Part shown: positions 40,676-63,724 of the stretch, one piece after another
Layout of the letters: each line of letters begins with the position of its first letter
Position numbering within the stretch: the stretch's first letter is position 1
DNA from: Amoebidium appalachense
Lineage: Eukaryota > Protista > Ichthyosporea
Direction: 5' to 3'
Length of the DNA stretch: 64,000 bases
Assembly (NCBI GenBank): GCA_963693365.1
Contig: CAVNZM010000007.1
Coordinates: 3,965,962 to 4,029,961 of the forward strand
The notes under the pieces: model-generated
The model's database searches: none
What the model saw: the letters and a program-made list of their open reading frames with translations, nothing else
Told to the model about the DNA's origin: nothing
Translations under genes and position numbers: made by a program

Positions 40676-43600
40676 ATGGGGAAAACATCCAGAGCAGCGT
40701 TGAAAACAGTTGTTTTAGGCCCAAGTTGTGTAGGCAAAACGGCTCTGGTTCAACGGTTGGTTCTTGGCGTTTTCCTCGAAGATTACCAGGAGACACTAGA
40801 AGACGTATATAACAAAACTATCGTTCTGGGTGACGGTGTGCTTGTAGACCTTTGTGTCGTAGATTTAGGAGGTGCGCCCGTAGGCACTGCTAATACTTGG
40901 CATCCCCTGCTTGAAAGGCAAATCGCCCAGGCAGAGAACGCGGACGCTGTCATTTTATGTTATTCCATTACCAACCGAACTTCACTTGACGAGGTAAGAA
41001 GCCCTTCTCACCCAGCTCAACTCTTTCAATTCCCGTTTTTCTAGTGTGAAAACTTGTATATGGTTTGTCACGCACACTTGCTCATCGGAAAATGGTGGTT
41101 GCTGAAAGAGCGATGTGTTCTTCTTTGAAGCAAATAGCAAAACACGTCAGATAAACATCGCGCTTTCAGCAAACATCATACAGGTCGTGGATCTTTTTCA
41201 CACTTTCTGGATTACGTTTTGCTTGTACAGTCTTGGTGTAGCCGGGTGTTGCTTGCCATTGCATTTCCACGTTGGATAATATTGCGTTGGATACCCTGTT
41301 TATGTCTACTTAACATGCCGAAGAATATTAGGATGCTTTTGGATTCGTTTACTCATGCCGCCAAAGAGGAGACGTCACTTCTTCCCTCGTTCACAGGGAC
41401 CTCTTGTTGGGTTCGCTGGTCGTCCCCCACCCTTCCCGTGACCCTCTTTTCACCTTCAGGCACACACTCTTGCTAATTATGGATATGTGCTGAACACAGC
41501 ACACAAAAACAAACCAACTCAATAGTTTCATTCGTGTTGTTCTGGAGCCAGATATAGTGTACTGCTTTGGGAACGGAAATGCTTTATGGTGCTGCATGAG
41601 ACAAGCCTCTCCTTTCTGGGCTAAAGTGGGACACTAGATACAGCTGGGTGCCAGTTTCTGGTGTGTCCCTTTTTTTTGTGCGCTCAATCGTACTTAACTA
41701 TCTTTGCATCCATTTAACTATCTTTCCATCCGTCATCCTTAAAAACCCCATGCTTCACTTTTTATGCACATCACTGAATGGTCTTTTGAATGATCAAGTC
41801 AGATGTCAAACGCTATGGCAAAAGCAACGTCTGGGACTTTCATAGTTTTTCTTGCCTGAATTCCTCACCAAATATCGGTCGTGCATCTTCCGACTGTCGA
41901 CCATGAGCCAATATAAGCAAACCAGCCTGGGCAACCTAAAAACTGGAAAGCGATAGTGGTGTAAGCAGTGTACTTGGTGAATTTTTATTCGAGCTGTTCC
42001 ACTTAAGCTCTTAAGGGATATAGACGTATTCGCTAGTATTATAAGATGGCAAAGCTTGACATACTACGTATGACATCAGAACCATAAAGGGCGCATCCAC
42101 ACCACTTCAAAGATTGCATTCGATGTTCTGGGCTTGTCATAGTGTGTGTCCTGGTCATAACACACATTTCTGGTTCCGCTTTAGTTGTCCTGCTCTCACA
42201 GTTAGCTGGTTAAAAGTGCCAGTGAATAGGAAGCATTAATAATGATGCTTTCGGAGACATATACATTGCGGCAAAGGACCGCAGAGAAATGGTGCTTTTT
42301 GGGGGGGAGGGGGGGAGAGGGGGAGAGGGAGAAGAGGGTAGAGGCTGGTGTGTTGTGTGTGTGTGTGTGTGTGTTGGGGGGAGGGGGGGAGGGTGATAAC
42401 ATGAATGGGATAGCAATATCACTCTCTGTAATCTCCGCCTTGGATCTGACGTGGGCGCCCTTACAGTGCATCAACGTCTACCGCAATGTCTTGGCAGCGA
42501 GGGGGGGTGAGCCTGTGCCGGCCATCCTTGTCGGCACGATGCTGGACAACGACCACGACCGCCAGGTACGGACCGAAACGGCAAAGCGACTGAACGAACG
42601 GCTGGTGGTCAACCCGTGCCCGTTTCTGTTCATGGAGGTGTCTTCCCTCCACGGCAAGGCAATCAACGTGTTCTATGAGCTGGCGCGAGTGACATTGGCC
42701 TACCGGCAGCAAAATGCGGTGAATGCAGCGGTGGGCCCAGCGGCCAAGCGGATGTCAAGCAGCAGACCCCCCACGGCCCGCAACAGTGTCACGAGCAGCA
42801 GCACGGGTAGCGGGGCAGGTAGCACGCACGGCAGCGATGTGGACTTTGACCCCAACCTCACCGTCTCCTCTCGCGGCTCGAGCCGGCTATCGGCGACGCC
42901 GCACCTCAGTTCGACCAGTGCAGAATCTGCGGAGAGCCAGGACGCAAGCATATCATCGGGCGGGTCGACAAGATCGGCGCCTCTTCCCACTCGGTCTATG
43001 CTCAAGCGATCGGTATCAACGGGGTCCGTCAACCTCTCGGCCATGCCAGTCACCCGCACGTCATCCGGGGGTCCCAATCCGTTTAGGCAAAGTTTCCGCC
43101 ATTCAGCGTCCGACAACCGGCAGTCGTTGGCCGAGAAATCATCCTCAGGGATTATCACGGGCAGCATTCGACGAAGGTCCAGCACGATCCAACGGACGGC
43201 AAGCATGCGGCCCCGGGGGTTTAGTTCGCCTCAGATCATGAATAACCAGACGGGCCCGCAGCCCACGCCCATGCAAGTGGTACAGAGCCAGCCGGATTCA
43301 CCACCAACAGAGACCGAAGAAGACCAGATCACGGAGCACCACCGCTCGTTCAGTGCGTCGGACGTGCGCAGGCAAGCGCTCGAGCAACCACGTTTGATGC
43401 GGAGATCGGAGACGGCCGGAAGATTAACACCCCAGACACCACCACTGAGCGACATCGACAAGAGGAAGGGAAAGAGCGAGCAGTCGCTGGCTGAAAGGGT
43501 AAAGCTGGAGGTTGAGAGCAACCTGGGCACACGGTTTGAGAGTGTCCCAACGGTGGCAATGCGGGAGAAACTAGCAGCGGCAATGGCGGCGGATACGGTT

Positions 43601-44476
43601 AAGAAGGCACAAAACGACAAGGAGGAGCCTTACATGGTCCGGAGGAAAAACTTCCGGAAAAGCTGGCGGCACTCCACGCGGGCCCTTCCACACGCGTTTT
43701 CCGACGATCTGTGGCTCGAGGTTCGACCCGACGAGTTCGGTATCAGGGAGGATGTGGGAACGAGCGGCGCAAGTGACCCGGGAGTTCCAATGGTCAAATC
43801 GGCGCTGGCAGCGGTGGGAGAAAACGATGCCGGTGACCACTCTCTTGAGCACTTGCCTGAGCAACCACAGCGTGCTGACATGGTTGTTCCACGGCCAGCC
43901 CCAAGGCCAGCATCGCTCGGTGTGAAATCAGCCCCCCGGCCCGTTAGCCGGCCCATTAGCCAGGGAGATTCGAACGCAAACAGCCCCACGGCGGCGACCA
44001 CGCCAACAAACTCGGCTCCACAGGTCAATCGTCAGTCGGTGCACGAGGGTGGTGTTGTTGATACGGAGGAGGTGGATGAGGAGGAACTCGAGGTGGTCGG
44101 GTCGGAGGATAGCGGCCGGGACATTCATGACGGCGAAAACGAGGGGGAAACGAGCCCCCATCCGTCTTCCTCCTCTTCCTCGGCACCCGTGGACGGAAAT
44201 ACCCCTGCCGGTTCAAAAACCCCAAAGACCCCAAGGCTGGGATTCATCGGACGGTCTCTTTTGCGCATGAGCACCCGATCGACAAAGAGCACGATGTCGG
44301 ACACGGTCGAGACCCCGATTGAGAGCACGACGAGTAGCGATTCGTCAGAGCCCTCCAGCCCCGAGTACAAAAAACACAGAAAGGAGAAGGCAAGCAGCCT
44401 GCTTGGTTCGCTTAAGCGGGCGTCTGGCAAGCGGACGAGCGGGGCAAAGTCGGAGCCTGCGGTGGTGGTCGCTTAG
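40676..44476 (+). CDS. Atypical Ras-family small GTPase with a ~580-aa disordered C-terminal extension, ~775 aa
   Basis: Exon 1 40676-40993 (donor GTAAGA); exon 2 42467-44476 (acceptor ttacAG), phase 0. G1 GPSCVGKT, switch I YQETLEDVY, G3 DLGG, LCYSITNRTSLDE, G4 LVGTMLD, G5 EVSSL, and VFYELAR. Confidence 0.87.
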
Positions 44477-44853
44477 GTATGCCATTGCCCCCTTGCCATT
44501 GGTTTACCGTTTTAGATCCTTGTTCTGTAGCGTATGAGAAACGGTATGTGGTTGTTTTATCTTTCCGAATGCACCGGTTCATGTAGCGACATTAATGGAA
44601 ACTACTTAGACTGGGCACGTATGTGCTGCAAAAACCTGTTGTTTGTGCTTAGTTTTGTATTCCTGTGTTCAAAATCATATGCGAAAGTTTAGTATTGTTT
44701 GATTTCATAATGTTCGTTTTGGTTGATGATTGTCTGACAAGGAGAGAGAGGTTTTGTTGTAGGTGCATGTGTTGTATAGGTAATGTTCTTAACTTCATAT
44801 CGTTTATACACACCACACGAACCTAGACACACGCTACATCACATCACGCCATA

Positions 44854-44889
<36 letters not shown>

Positions 44890-45930
44890 GCATGCACACA
44901 TACACGGACACGGACACGGACACACCACACACATGTACACACACGTACACGCATGTCACGTCTTTTCCCATCCATCGAATGCCCCAGTCTTCTTGTTGTA
45001 CCCCCTCACTGTATGGTATGAGCTTGAGTGGCTGCCGGGAGCATGCCCATAACCGTTTAGTGGCTTAGTTATCATGCACAAGTACCAGTATTAACAGTAT
45101 ATTATTGCTTATCCTGTAGCTACAACATCGCATGTAACAACATGCAGGTGTGCCAACATAGTCAAGCCAGAGCCGCATGAGCCGGGACAATAGGGCCGGC
45201 TGTGCAGCAAACGTCATATATAATGAAGCTAATGTGCTGCTATGTAAGCTCCATATGTAAGTATGTATGTATGCCAAAGAGTAAATAAACTCACTGGTTT
45301 TATGTCTGCGGCAGCTGAACACAGCAGCTCCTGCTTTCCTGGTAGTTTTTTACATTCCCACCTTCCCTGTTTCCAAGATTTAGCTTTCCCTGAATCCCTC
45401 TCCATCCCTCCCCCCTCCCCCCCTCCCCAGCCCAGAAACACCCCAGTCACACACACACAACGCCATCCAGGCCACTGCACCACCATCACCTTTCTCGGGC
45501 GCTCACACACGTGCATTCAATGCTCACAGTCAACCCCCCTCCCCCTCCCCCTCGCGAGCTCCCCCCCTCCCCGCCTCTTCGCCTGGCCACCACTAGGCAA
45601 TCTCACCGAAAGGCCCTAGGGCTAATAGCTACCTCCCGCCTCAGCACATGTCCTTGATCTACGAAGTATACACAGACACGTGACCACACATCTACTCAAA
45701 CGCACCCACAAAAACACATGCACATGCAGTCATTAGCATGTGCAAGCGCAAACACACAAGACACACCCACACAACACGGCCGTACGTACGTGCACACAGT
45801 TTCGACCGCGTGTACAACTGAATACGCACACTAGCCGGATCTCGAGACTGTGGTCAGCAAAATCCAACCTCCTTCTCACTTGCCCCCCCCCCCCCCCCCA
45901 AAAAAAAAAAAAAAAAGGAAAAGTGGTGGT

Positions 45931-45976
<46 letters not shown>

Positions 45977-46602
45977 TGTGTGGGGGGGTGGGGGGGGGGG
46001 GGGGGGGGGGGGGACAAAACTGCTTTAAAAACCTCCAAAATACCATGACCCAATAATCAAAAAACCCATCCTTTTTTTTTTTGCGTGGAGCGGGACATCA
46101 GTTTCGGTCTCATATAGTGTAGATGGCATGCTGGTGTGGATAACTCTTACTTTATTAGCAAAATGTCTGGAACTTCGACCATCCAGCTAAATACAAGGTG
46201 TATTGGATTAAATCATACATCGTTGAAATTTCGTGAATTTTCTCCCCTGGCCCGGACTCGGACCGTAACCGGCCGTGTACTATAGGAATGACAGGAGAGC
46301 CTACTAGACTAAGTATATAATTATGATACCATTTTTCATTCTCCATAAGCAAAAAACACTACTGTCTTGAGTCTTGACAATGTGTGGCTTGCAATTGCTA
46401 GTCACACTACCTCGGAGTCCGGCCTAGGCATAATACGGGGAGAATTTCCGGATTCCCACCACTAAAGCTTCCCGTCCCCTACGTCCTAGGAATATCCCCC
46501 CCTCCCCCCCCCCCCCCCCCCCTTCTCCCCCCCCCCCCCCCCCCCCCACCACCACCACCACCGTGCACGGTGACCCCCCCCCCCCCCCCCCCCCCCACCC
46601 CC

Positions 46603-46642
<40 letters not shown>

Positions 46643-47800
46643 ACCACCACCACCATGGAACCAACGGTATTTGCCACCAGTCCACTGATAACCGAACTCC
46701 CCCCCCCTCAAGGACCTCCACCCCCCAGCATGATGGCAGGTGTTGTCCAATTAAAGATAACCAATCATCTAGAAACAATGTAGTATAAAATAAACGCTCT
46801 CGGGAAATAGATGTTGTTACGACAAAGAAAGCTCTTTAGATTTGGAGGGGCGATAAGTTGAAAACATCGCTACAAGCTCAGTCAGTAAAAGATGTCATAT
46901 TAGCCTCCTACCCCCCCCCCCCCCCTCCTCCTCCTCCTCTCCCGGGGCCCCCTCACTCCCCCCTCTCCCCCCTACTAATATTAACTCACACTGATGTCGT
47001 CACCATCCTATTCTTACTCCCTTTCTTAACGAGCACTCTCATCTACATGTGCGTTGGACTTCTGGCAGATCCCCCCCCCCCCCCCCCCCTCCCTCCTTCT
47101 CACTTGAAGTGCCACCCACCCACCCACTCATGCACGACAACACATTAGGCGGCACCCCGTCATTTCAAGAAAACCGCACTTTATTTGTAACTACTGCCCA
47201 TGCCCCTAACCCACAATGTCATATAAACTGTTACGTCGAGGGGCATTGGAATAATCGTTGATGCTGCAGCACATTAAAATTCAATTTCATCACATTTTCA
47301 TCCCATCGATCAAGAATACGGCGTGCACATTTAGAACAGACTGAACTTAAACGAAAAGCATGCACTCTTGTTCCTTTGTGCAGCATCAATCCTTGGAGTC
47401 TCCCTGTACACCTACCGTACGCTCTGAACATTCCCCTTTCAGAAACCTTCGGGACCCCCCCACCCCGTATACACCCCACTTCCCCCTCCGGGACCCCTGC
47501 CCGTCCTCGGGCAGCGCCCACCTCCAGATCTCTCCTCCCAGCCGGTCCCTTCCCCCCCCACCCCCCCCCCCTCCCCCCGGGCCGGCCCTAATCCCCATCT
47601 TCCATTTTACCCGGCCTCCTCCAGGTTACACACACGCGCGCGCGCGTGTGCGCGAGCGCTGTGCTCTACAGTGTAGTCTAAGACTCGCACTTGTACATGC
47701 GCACACACAGTCACACATGCACAGACACACACGCAAACATACATACACCCACAGTACCCCCGACACACACACACACACACTCTCTCTCTCTCTCTCTCTC

Positions 47801-47843
<43 letters not shown>

Positions 47844-48034
47844 ACTCTTTCTCTGATCTCACATGCACACTCAGCCAGTATTTGGCTGCCTATGGGGCGA
47901 AACGTAAAAGCCGCCATTTTCTTTTTTTGCCTCAAAGGAACTGACCCCCCCCACCCAGTTTCCCAGTATCTCCCCAACATTAGTCCTAATGTGATCTCCC
48001 CCCCCTCCCCCCCCCCCCCCCCCAAACTCCCGCT

Positions 48035-48079
<45 letters not shown>

Positions 48080-48257
48080 AAATAAATATGCACAACGGTT
48101 CCTCCAAGTCTCAACCCTTCGCATCTCGACCAGCGAATGGTCATGGCATTTAAAACCCCTGCTGTGAATCTTGAATATGCTTAGACCCGGCAATCCACCA
48201 ATATCTATATTGCTATCTCCAGCCAAAAATTTCGGAATGACTCTGTTTTAGTTAGGT

Positions 48258-48291
<34 letters not shown>

Positions 48292-49807
48292 CCCCCCGCC
48301 CTCCTCACTTCCACCGATGGGAAAGACCCTCCCCCCCAAACCTTCCTCCCCCCCCCCCCCCCCCCCCCCCCCCTCCCCCCCCTCACCACTCCCCTCCCCG
48401 CTTCCACTTGGGGGGAGGGGGGAGGGGGGCCGGGGGGGGAAGGGGTTGGCCCCAGCTTCTGTTTCCATCCTCACCTCAGTGTGGTTATTTCATTTATATT
48501 ATTTGATCACTTTAATGAACATCTCCACATTTACCCACGCACACACACACACACACGCGCGCATGCATGCACGCACATGCACCCCCCCCCCTTAAACTTG
48601 CTACTACCCCTCCCCTGGCTTCAAAATCAATGCCCCCTATGTGCGTGTGTGTGTGCGTGTGCGTGTGCGTGTGCGTGTGTGTGTGTGTGCGTGCGTGCGT
48701 GAATGGGTGCGTGAGTGGGTGTGTGAGGATTGACTAGAAAAGAAAAAAACATCCATATCGCCCGTCTGTGTTTGTGTTACGGTGGGTCAGTCCGACGGTG
48801 GCTTCAGATACTACCCTGATCGCTCGGGGTTCGAAATGTGACCTCACTCCGCCCAGGCCGTCTTTTTTTCAGACTCACAGCTGCAGGCAGCAGCTGTGAT
48901 CGAGACCGGGTGCGTGCTGCGTGGACGACTCGGTCACTGAGCGTACGTACAGCTTGAAACTTGAAAAAACTTTCCTAGAAACGGATAGGTCAGGTTGTGG
49001 CGAAAGTGTGTGCATAACCCATCATTGAACCTGACAGGCTGACGGAACTTCGCGGCCGGACGGCAAGTAACATGCCATGGACCCGTTTGAACGTAAGCGT
49101 CACATAGACGGCTCAGTGCACTTTCAGTCGGATGATCAGCGAATTTCAACTAGCAGGGCAGGGGAAAAAATGACACCAGCTGGTATGATCCTGCGAGCTT
49201 GCCTCCTCCGCCCAGTGGTACACGCATATGGTGCACAGACGCACAGTGGCATGCCATTCCACGGCCGTGCACTCGTCAAGGCTTCAAGTGGCGGTAGCAG
49301 TAATCCTTTTATCATTCAGGCACCTTCGCGATGATGACACCCACAAGCATACCTGTGAACTCACCAGGGCCTTTACTATTCCATGCACGCCACATCTTCA
49401 CCTGTGCAACCGATCCACTTATTGAATTTCTTCACTTGTGCACGATACCACCAGTCTAGTCTCTCACGATTATCATACCATGGCATGCACCTCTATTTGG
49501 CAATCACCTCAGTTTTATTTTCTTACGTTTCTCCATTCTGCCAGACATATCAGTTGCGGAGGTGCAACCAGGCCTTCTTCTTGGGGTCAATCTGAGGGTT
49601 CAGGTGGTGTCTCACCTCATGACACTAAGTATGCCCCACTCCTTCCCCAAACCTATTGTTACGTTTTCTTTCCGAAACGTGACAAGCAGAACAGCCCTTT
49701 CGTTAACCAGCCCCCCCCACCCCCCCAACCCCCACACCCACCCCCTCCCCCCCGGGGGACCCCTACCCCCCTTCTCCCCCTCCCCCTCCCAGCCCCTACC
49801 CCTTCCC

Positions 49808-49848
<41 letters not shown>

Positions 49849-52004
49849 CCTCCCCCCCCCTCCCCCCTCTCCCTCTCTCCCTCCCTCTCTCTCTGTTTGT
49901 CTCTCTCTCTCATTCCCCGAGGCTCTGTCTGTCTCTCTCTTTGAGTCTCTCTCTCTACTCCCCCCCCCCCCCCCCCCTTTCGTCTCGTTTCGGCCTCAGG
50001 CCCCTCCCTTCCCTCACATCCTTCACTGCTGTCCTGGCTTGCATATGCTGCTAAGTTCACTATCTGACGTTAGAAGTGGCGGTGCTAACCAGACACGATT
50101 TTGTACTGTGAATTGGAAGGTGAGCACATCTGCAAAAATAGAGTCTTGGTCCCACTCACACAGCCATAGACACCATCTGTTTTTCTAACTCGTTCATTCA
50201 GGCGATCAGCATGGTCAGCAGTTTTCTGAGCACGTCGTCGGGGACAGCACTGGCACTATCATCCTAAAAACCGTAAACGGTAGCCCTCCCCCGCTTACAA
50301 CCCCCCCTCCCCCCTCCCCCCCACCACCACCACCACCACCGCCACCGCCCTCTTTCTGTCCGCTTCGTTCCCCTCTCTCCCTCCGTCCCTTCCTCTCTTA
50401 CTCTCTCTCTCTCCAACCTGGAACTTGACCTCGAGCTCGCCAGGCGGCCTTCTTTGCTTCCTTGAGCCCCCCCCCCCCCCCCCCCCCCCCCCCTCTCTCT
50501 CTCCCCTCCCCACCCCCCACCCCCCACCCCCCTTCTCCTTCTCACTGTCTCTTTCCCCGAGGCTCTCTCCCTTTCCCTCTCCCTCTCTCTATCTGAGACT
50601 TTCTCTTGTCTTCCCTTGCGCGCAAGAATGTATCTATGCCCTATACACAAACTGCACCCTTTTTTCATTCCACACTCTGCAAATGCTCAGTGTTTCTATA
50701 CTTTCACTACTCAATGTCCTTGGTTCTGCACACACCTGCTCCCCTCTCAGTTACACACATCCACGTGGTTGCTGACCCCCCCCCCCCCCCCCCCAAACAC
50801 CCCTTACCCCTCCTCCTTCCCCTCTGCAGATAGAAAATTTTAAGCTGAAAGCACCTTCACTCCACCTTTCCCCCCCCCCCCCCCCACCCCCCCGTCCACA
50901 TGCACACAAACACCATCGATTTTAGCGGCAGCCGCATCAGATTCTCTGTATCTACGAACACAAACGAAACATGTCGTACACTCTTTCAACTGGCACACGC
51001 AGGCATGTGCACAAACATACACCCAAGAAGACAGACTTACATGTGAACACACGCACGGACACACTTACACAGCCACCAACTCACACAAGCGCTAACAACC
51101 TGCTTACACACATGCAGCACCTTCGTCCCTTCTGCGACCAGGACAGAGCATAGAGGTGCACATCGCGTGTCCAGAGATAGTCAGTGGGCAGCTTCGAGTT
51201 GCAGCAACCACCCCACACTCGAAAATTACGGCAAGCCCAGTAAAGGTAATGGCGTGCATGGAGCCAAACCACTCGGATGTCCACTTCGAATATGAGGAGT
51301 TAATATTAGACGGCCGCAATCAAGCGGGCAGGTCAAAGGTGCAAGGCCATGTTAACTGACTGGTATAATGTTTTGCTTTTGTATTTTCCCTGTTGATTCA
51401 GTGTGTCGAAAAGTATTTGTTATTATATCTGCGCGGATAATTTTTGAAACCAGGACTTGCATTAGGCTGCTCGTTTATTAATTCAACTGACTGTTTGTGC
51501 TATTATACTGCAACATCGTTTTTGTTTGGAACACATTGAGAGAACCTCAGTTTAGTCTATCCCCATCTATGTGGCTTGAACGGAATATGTGCACAAAGCA
51601 CACTTGACTTTGGTTAGTGAGTGTTTGTTATAGACATGCGCCCGTTTCACACCAGCAAAATAAACCATAATGTAGCATGAAGTTCTAGGCCGTTGCACCT
51701 TCCTGCCAAGTTAGTACGGAGGCACACGACGTTGCATCACCGATATACGGCAAACTCCCTCTCCAGCTGGTTTTCACCAACATCATTGCTAAGTAAGGCC
51801 AAATAAAGTCATCTTTCATATTCTTGTGCCTTTTATTGTAGGTGGCAGCCGCTGCTTCGCTCTGAAATACTGTACATCTGGGCCCCTTGTGACTTTCCTT
51901 TTCTTCGTTTTTTATTTTATTTTATTTTATTTTGTTGTTGTTGTTGTTGTTGTTGGAGCTTGCAAAAGAGATTTTCGAACCATGGAAAAGCGATGCGAAG
52001 TAAG

Positions 52005-52026
52005 CCAATGGAAGTGGTGTACCAAT
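52005..52026 (+). promoter_or_regulatory. Paired CCAAT boxes, possible Cbl promoter
   Basis: agCCAATgg (52005) and aCCAATcag (52022), ~1.5 kb upstream of the Cbl ATG. An acceptor at 53443 implies a 5' UTR intron. Confidence 0.25.
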
Positions 52027-52770
52027 CAGATGCTTCCAGCACTAGCAGGCTGTCAGCAGCTAAAATGAGTTTTAACAGTAAGCCATGTGTAGTTTAGTAA
52101 ACCAACAGTATTGTGCTTTGAAATATATATAAAATTTATACCTATATGCCACTTAAAGTCACTCGCTCTGAATCGGAGCTACAACCCTCGCACCAACCGT
52201 TCAACTTGCCAGTAGCCTACACAGGCCGGCCTGCAACAGGAAACACCACGAAAAAAAGAACTCTGGTTTCGACCAACAGATTTACCGGCATACGACTGAA
52301 AATCTAGGGGCCTATTTAGTAAGAGAAATATGGGAAGGGCCGTTATTATCTCTAACTACCTATAGTAGTGGATAATCCTTTGGACCAGGTTCCAAAGACT
52401 GACAAGTCGCTCACAACGGTTAACGTTGCAGAGTCCAGAGCGCTAGTACGTAGTAAGATTCAAGTGGCACATGACCGCATAAGTTAAGTTAGTTTTGTCT
52501 TAAACAAGAACAAATTTTTTCGAATATCTGCGATACTGCACATTCACAGTTGCAATGAGCCGCGCAACCGGGGTAGAGATTTACACATGTTCAGCATGAA
52601 CATTCAAGGTTAGCTCATACAAGGACCCCAAATGATGGTCACAGGTAGCCTGTTGGCACAAGCAACTCTGCTTAAGCTCCAAGAATATTGAGGGGGACAT
52701 ACTAGCTTGAAGAGTGGAGAGATAAAAAATTTTTTTTAAAAAAAAATTTCTTCGTTTTTTTTTTTTTTTT

Positions 52771-52801
<31 letters not shown>

Positions 52802-52944
52802 GGAGGGAGGGAGGGGGGAGGGGGAGGGAGACACCTCTCAGAGGATGTGCACATTTACAGAAGCGTGCACCGTGCATGCACTACGCATGTGCATGAAGAA
52901 GACACCCCCATTGGGCGTTTGCATACCAACACACACGCGCGCAT

Positions 52945-53009
<65 letters not shown>

Positions 53010-53045
53010 CACACACGCACGCACACACGCACGCACACACGCACA

Positions 53046-53079
<34 letters not shown>

Positions 53080-53484
53080 CACACAATATATTTTACCAGT
53101 GCGTACAGGAATACAAACCCAGCTCTGCTTGAAACAGGTGGTCTGCTGGGTGGTGTTGGCATCCAGCGAAAAAGTGTTATGAGTCGATGCCGTAGTCATG
53201 TGTAACACAGTAACCCCCGGACCGAAGTTCCGTGTAGTGGCCACCTCATGAAAGCTACAGTCCTCGGCTCAAGGACAAATTTACACCAGTTTTTAGATTA
53301 TTATTATTATTATTATTATTTAGCAATATACGGATGCAAACACACCAATATATATACCTCCAAATTACGATGTTGTGCAGTAGTGATTAATGGTAAACAA
53401 AAGTTCCGAACCTTTTATATACGGTAACCCATGTTTTGTGCAGATTATTGAGAGTTATACGACCTGTACAGCCCGTGGGCAACC

Positions 53485-62553
<9,069 letters not shown>

Positions 62554-62990
62554 AAGTTGTTAAATTTGCTGCACGAATGTAAGTGAAGACATAAGATTGC
62601 GTGTGTGAGGTTGCACGGGTTGGTACTGTTGCTAGATAGTGAAGGAGGGGGACTTGGGGTACGAGAGTGGAGGGGGACTCACTATGGCTGCTTTGGTGGG
62701 TTTCTCCGTCTCTGAAAAGTGTGTGTCTCTTTTACATTCGTGTGTGCGGTCCTCTGTTTCTCTATCTGGGTGTGTGTCTGCTTGCGTCTCTCCTTGGTCT
62801 CTCTCTCTCCCTCCCTCTCTCCCTCCCTCCCTCCCTCCCTCCCTCCCTCCCTCTCTCCGTCCCTCCCTCCCTCCCTCCCTCCCTTCCTCCCTCTCTCCCT
62901 CTCTCCCTCCGTCCCTCCGTCCCTCCCTCACTCTCCTCTCCCTCTCTCGCTTTCTCTTTCTATCCCAGCCTCCCCTCCTCCCCCCCCCCC

Positions 62991-63073
62991 TACTTGAATG
63001 TTTGCCTTTGCATGTGTCCTGCACCATGCTTCTCATCGTGTATGCGTACTTCGTACTGTGTTCCGCATTCAAA
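62991..63073 (+). repeat. Dispersed repeat family A, copy identical to 63443-63525
   Basis: 83-nt match tacttgaatgtttgcc...gttccgcattcaaa followed by a C-run. Confidence 0.9.
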
Positions 63074-63442
63074 CCCCCCCTGTCTTCTTTCAGAAATGTC
63101 CTTTCAGGACAGACCACTGTGTGGAGACATCTTTACTTCCATGCAACCGGGCATGGTTGCTCTGTGTCGTGCATCTGTAAGCACATACGCGTTTGTCGCT
63201 GCACTGCATTAGTTTGCACACACATCTTCACCGTTTTGCTCACCTTGCTTGCATAAGCAACCCTGCTCGTCTTTGATCAAGACGGGTTGACCCACCCAAG
63301 TTCAGTTGATGCTGCTGTCTGAGTTGGAGCGTCGTATATACGCGGGCTAAGGGGTCGAAACTCAGACGCAATTGATGACTTGGGCCCTCCCTGAGGATGG
63401 GCTCTGCTTATGACGCATACTGTGCGCATGGCTGATGCTGCA

Positions 63443-63523
63443 TACTTGAATGTTTGCCTTTGCATGTGTCCTGCACCATGCTTCTCATCGTGTATGCGTA
63501 CTTCGTACTGTGTTCCGCATTCA

Positions 63524-63525
<2 letters not shown>
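63443..63525 (+). repeat. Dispersed repeat family A, copy identical to 62991-63073
   Basis: 83-nt match followed by a C-run. Confidence 0.9.
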
Positions 63526-63554
<29 letters not shown>

Positions 63555-63620
63555 TTTTCTTGGTGCGTTTGTCCGTCCATACCCCCACACTATCACGCCG
63601 TAATGTTTTTTCTCACACAG

Positions 63621-63682
63621 CGTCAGCCCAGCCCACCCCCCTCCGTGCCCACATCACCAGTTCCTGCCCCGTTGCCTCCACG
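63621..63682 (+). CDS. Possible proline-rich exon of a long Cbl isoform
   Basis: cacAG|RQPSPPPSVPTSPVPAPLPPR|GTATGC has good splice signals and a PxxPxR SH3-ligand motif. The linking exon was not identified. Confidence 0.35.
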
Positions 63683-63687
63683 GTATG

Positions 63688-63724
<37 letters not shown>

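Noticed and set aside
42242-42466. N-terminal 75 aa of the 744-aa ORF
   Set aside because: Intronic read-through of G/GT repeats; the GTPase fold requires splicing from 40993 to 42467.
49545-49628. DISVAEVQPGLLLG, resembling a dual-specificity phosphatase N-terminus
   Set aside because: No downstream HCxxGxSRS exon found; the similarity is too short.
51081-51359. Overlapping 67-71-aa ORFs in unique sequence
   Set aside because: No recognisable motif, codon bias or exon chain.
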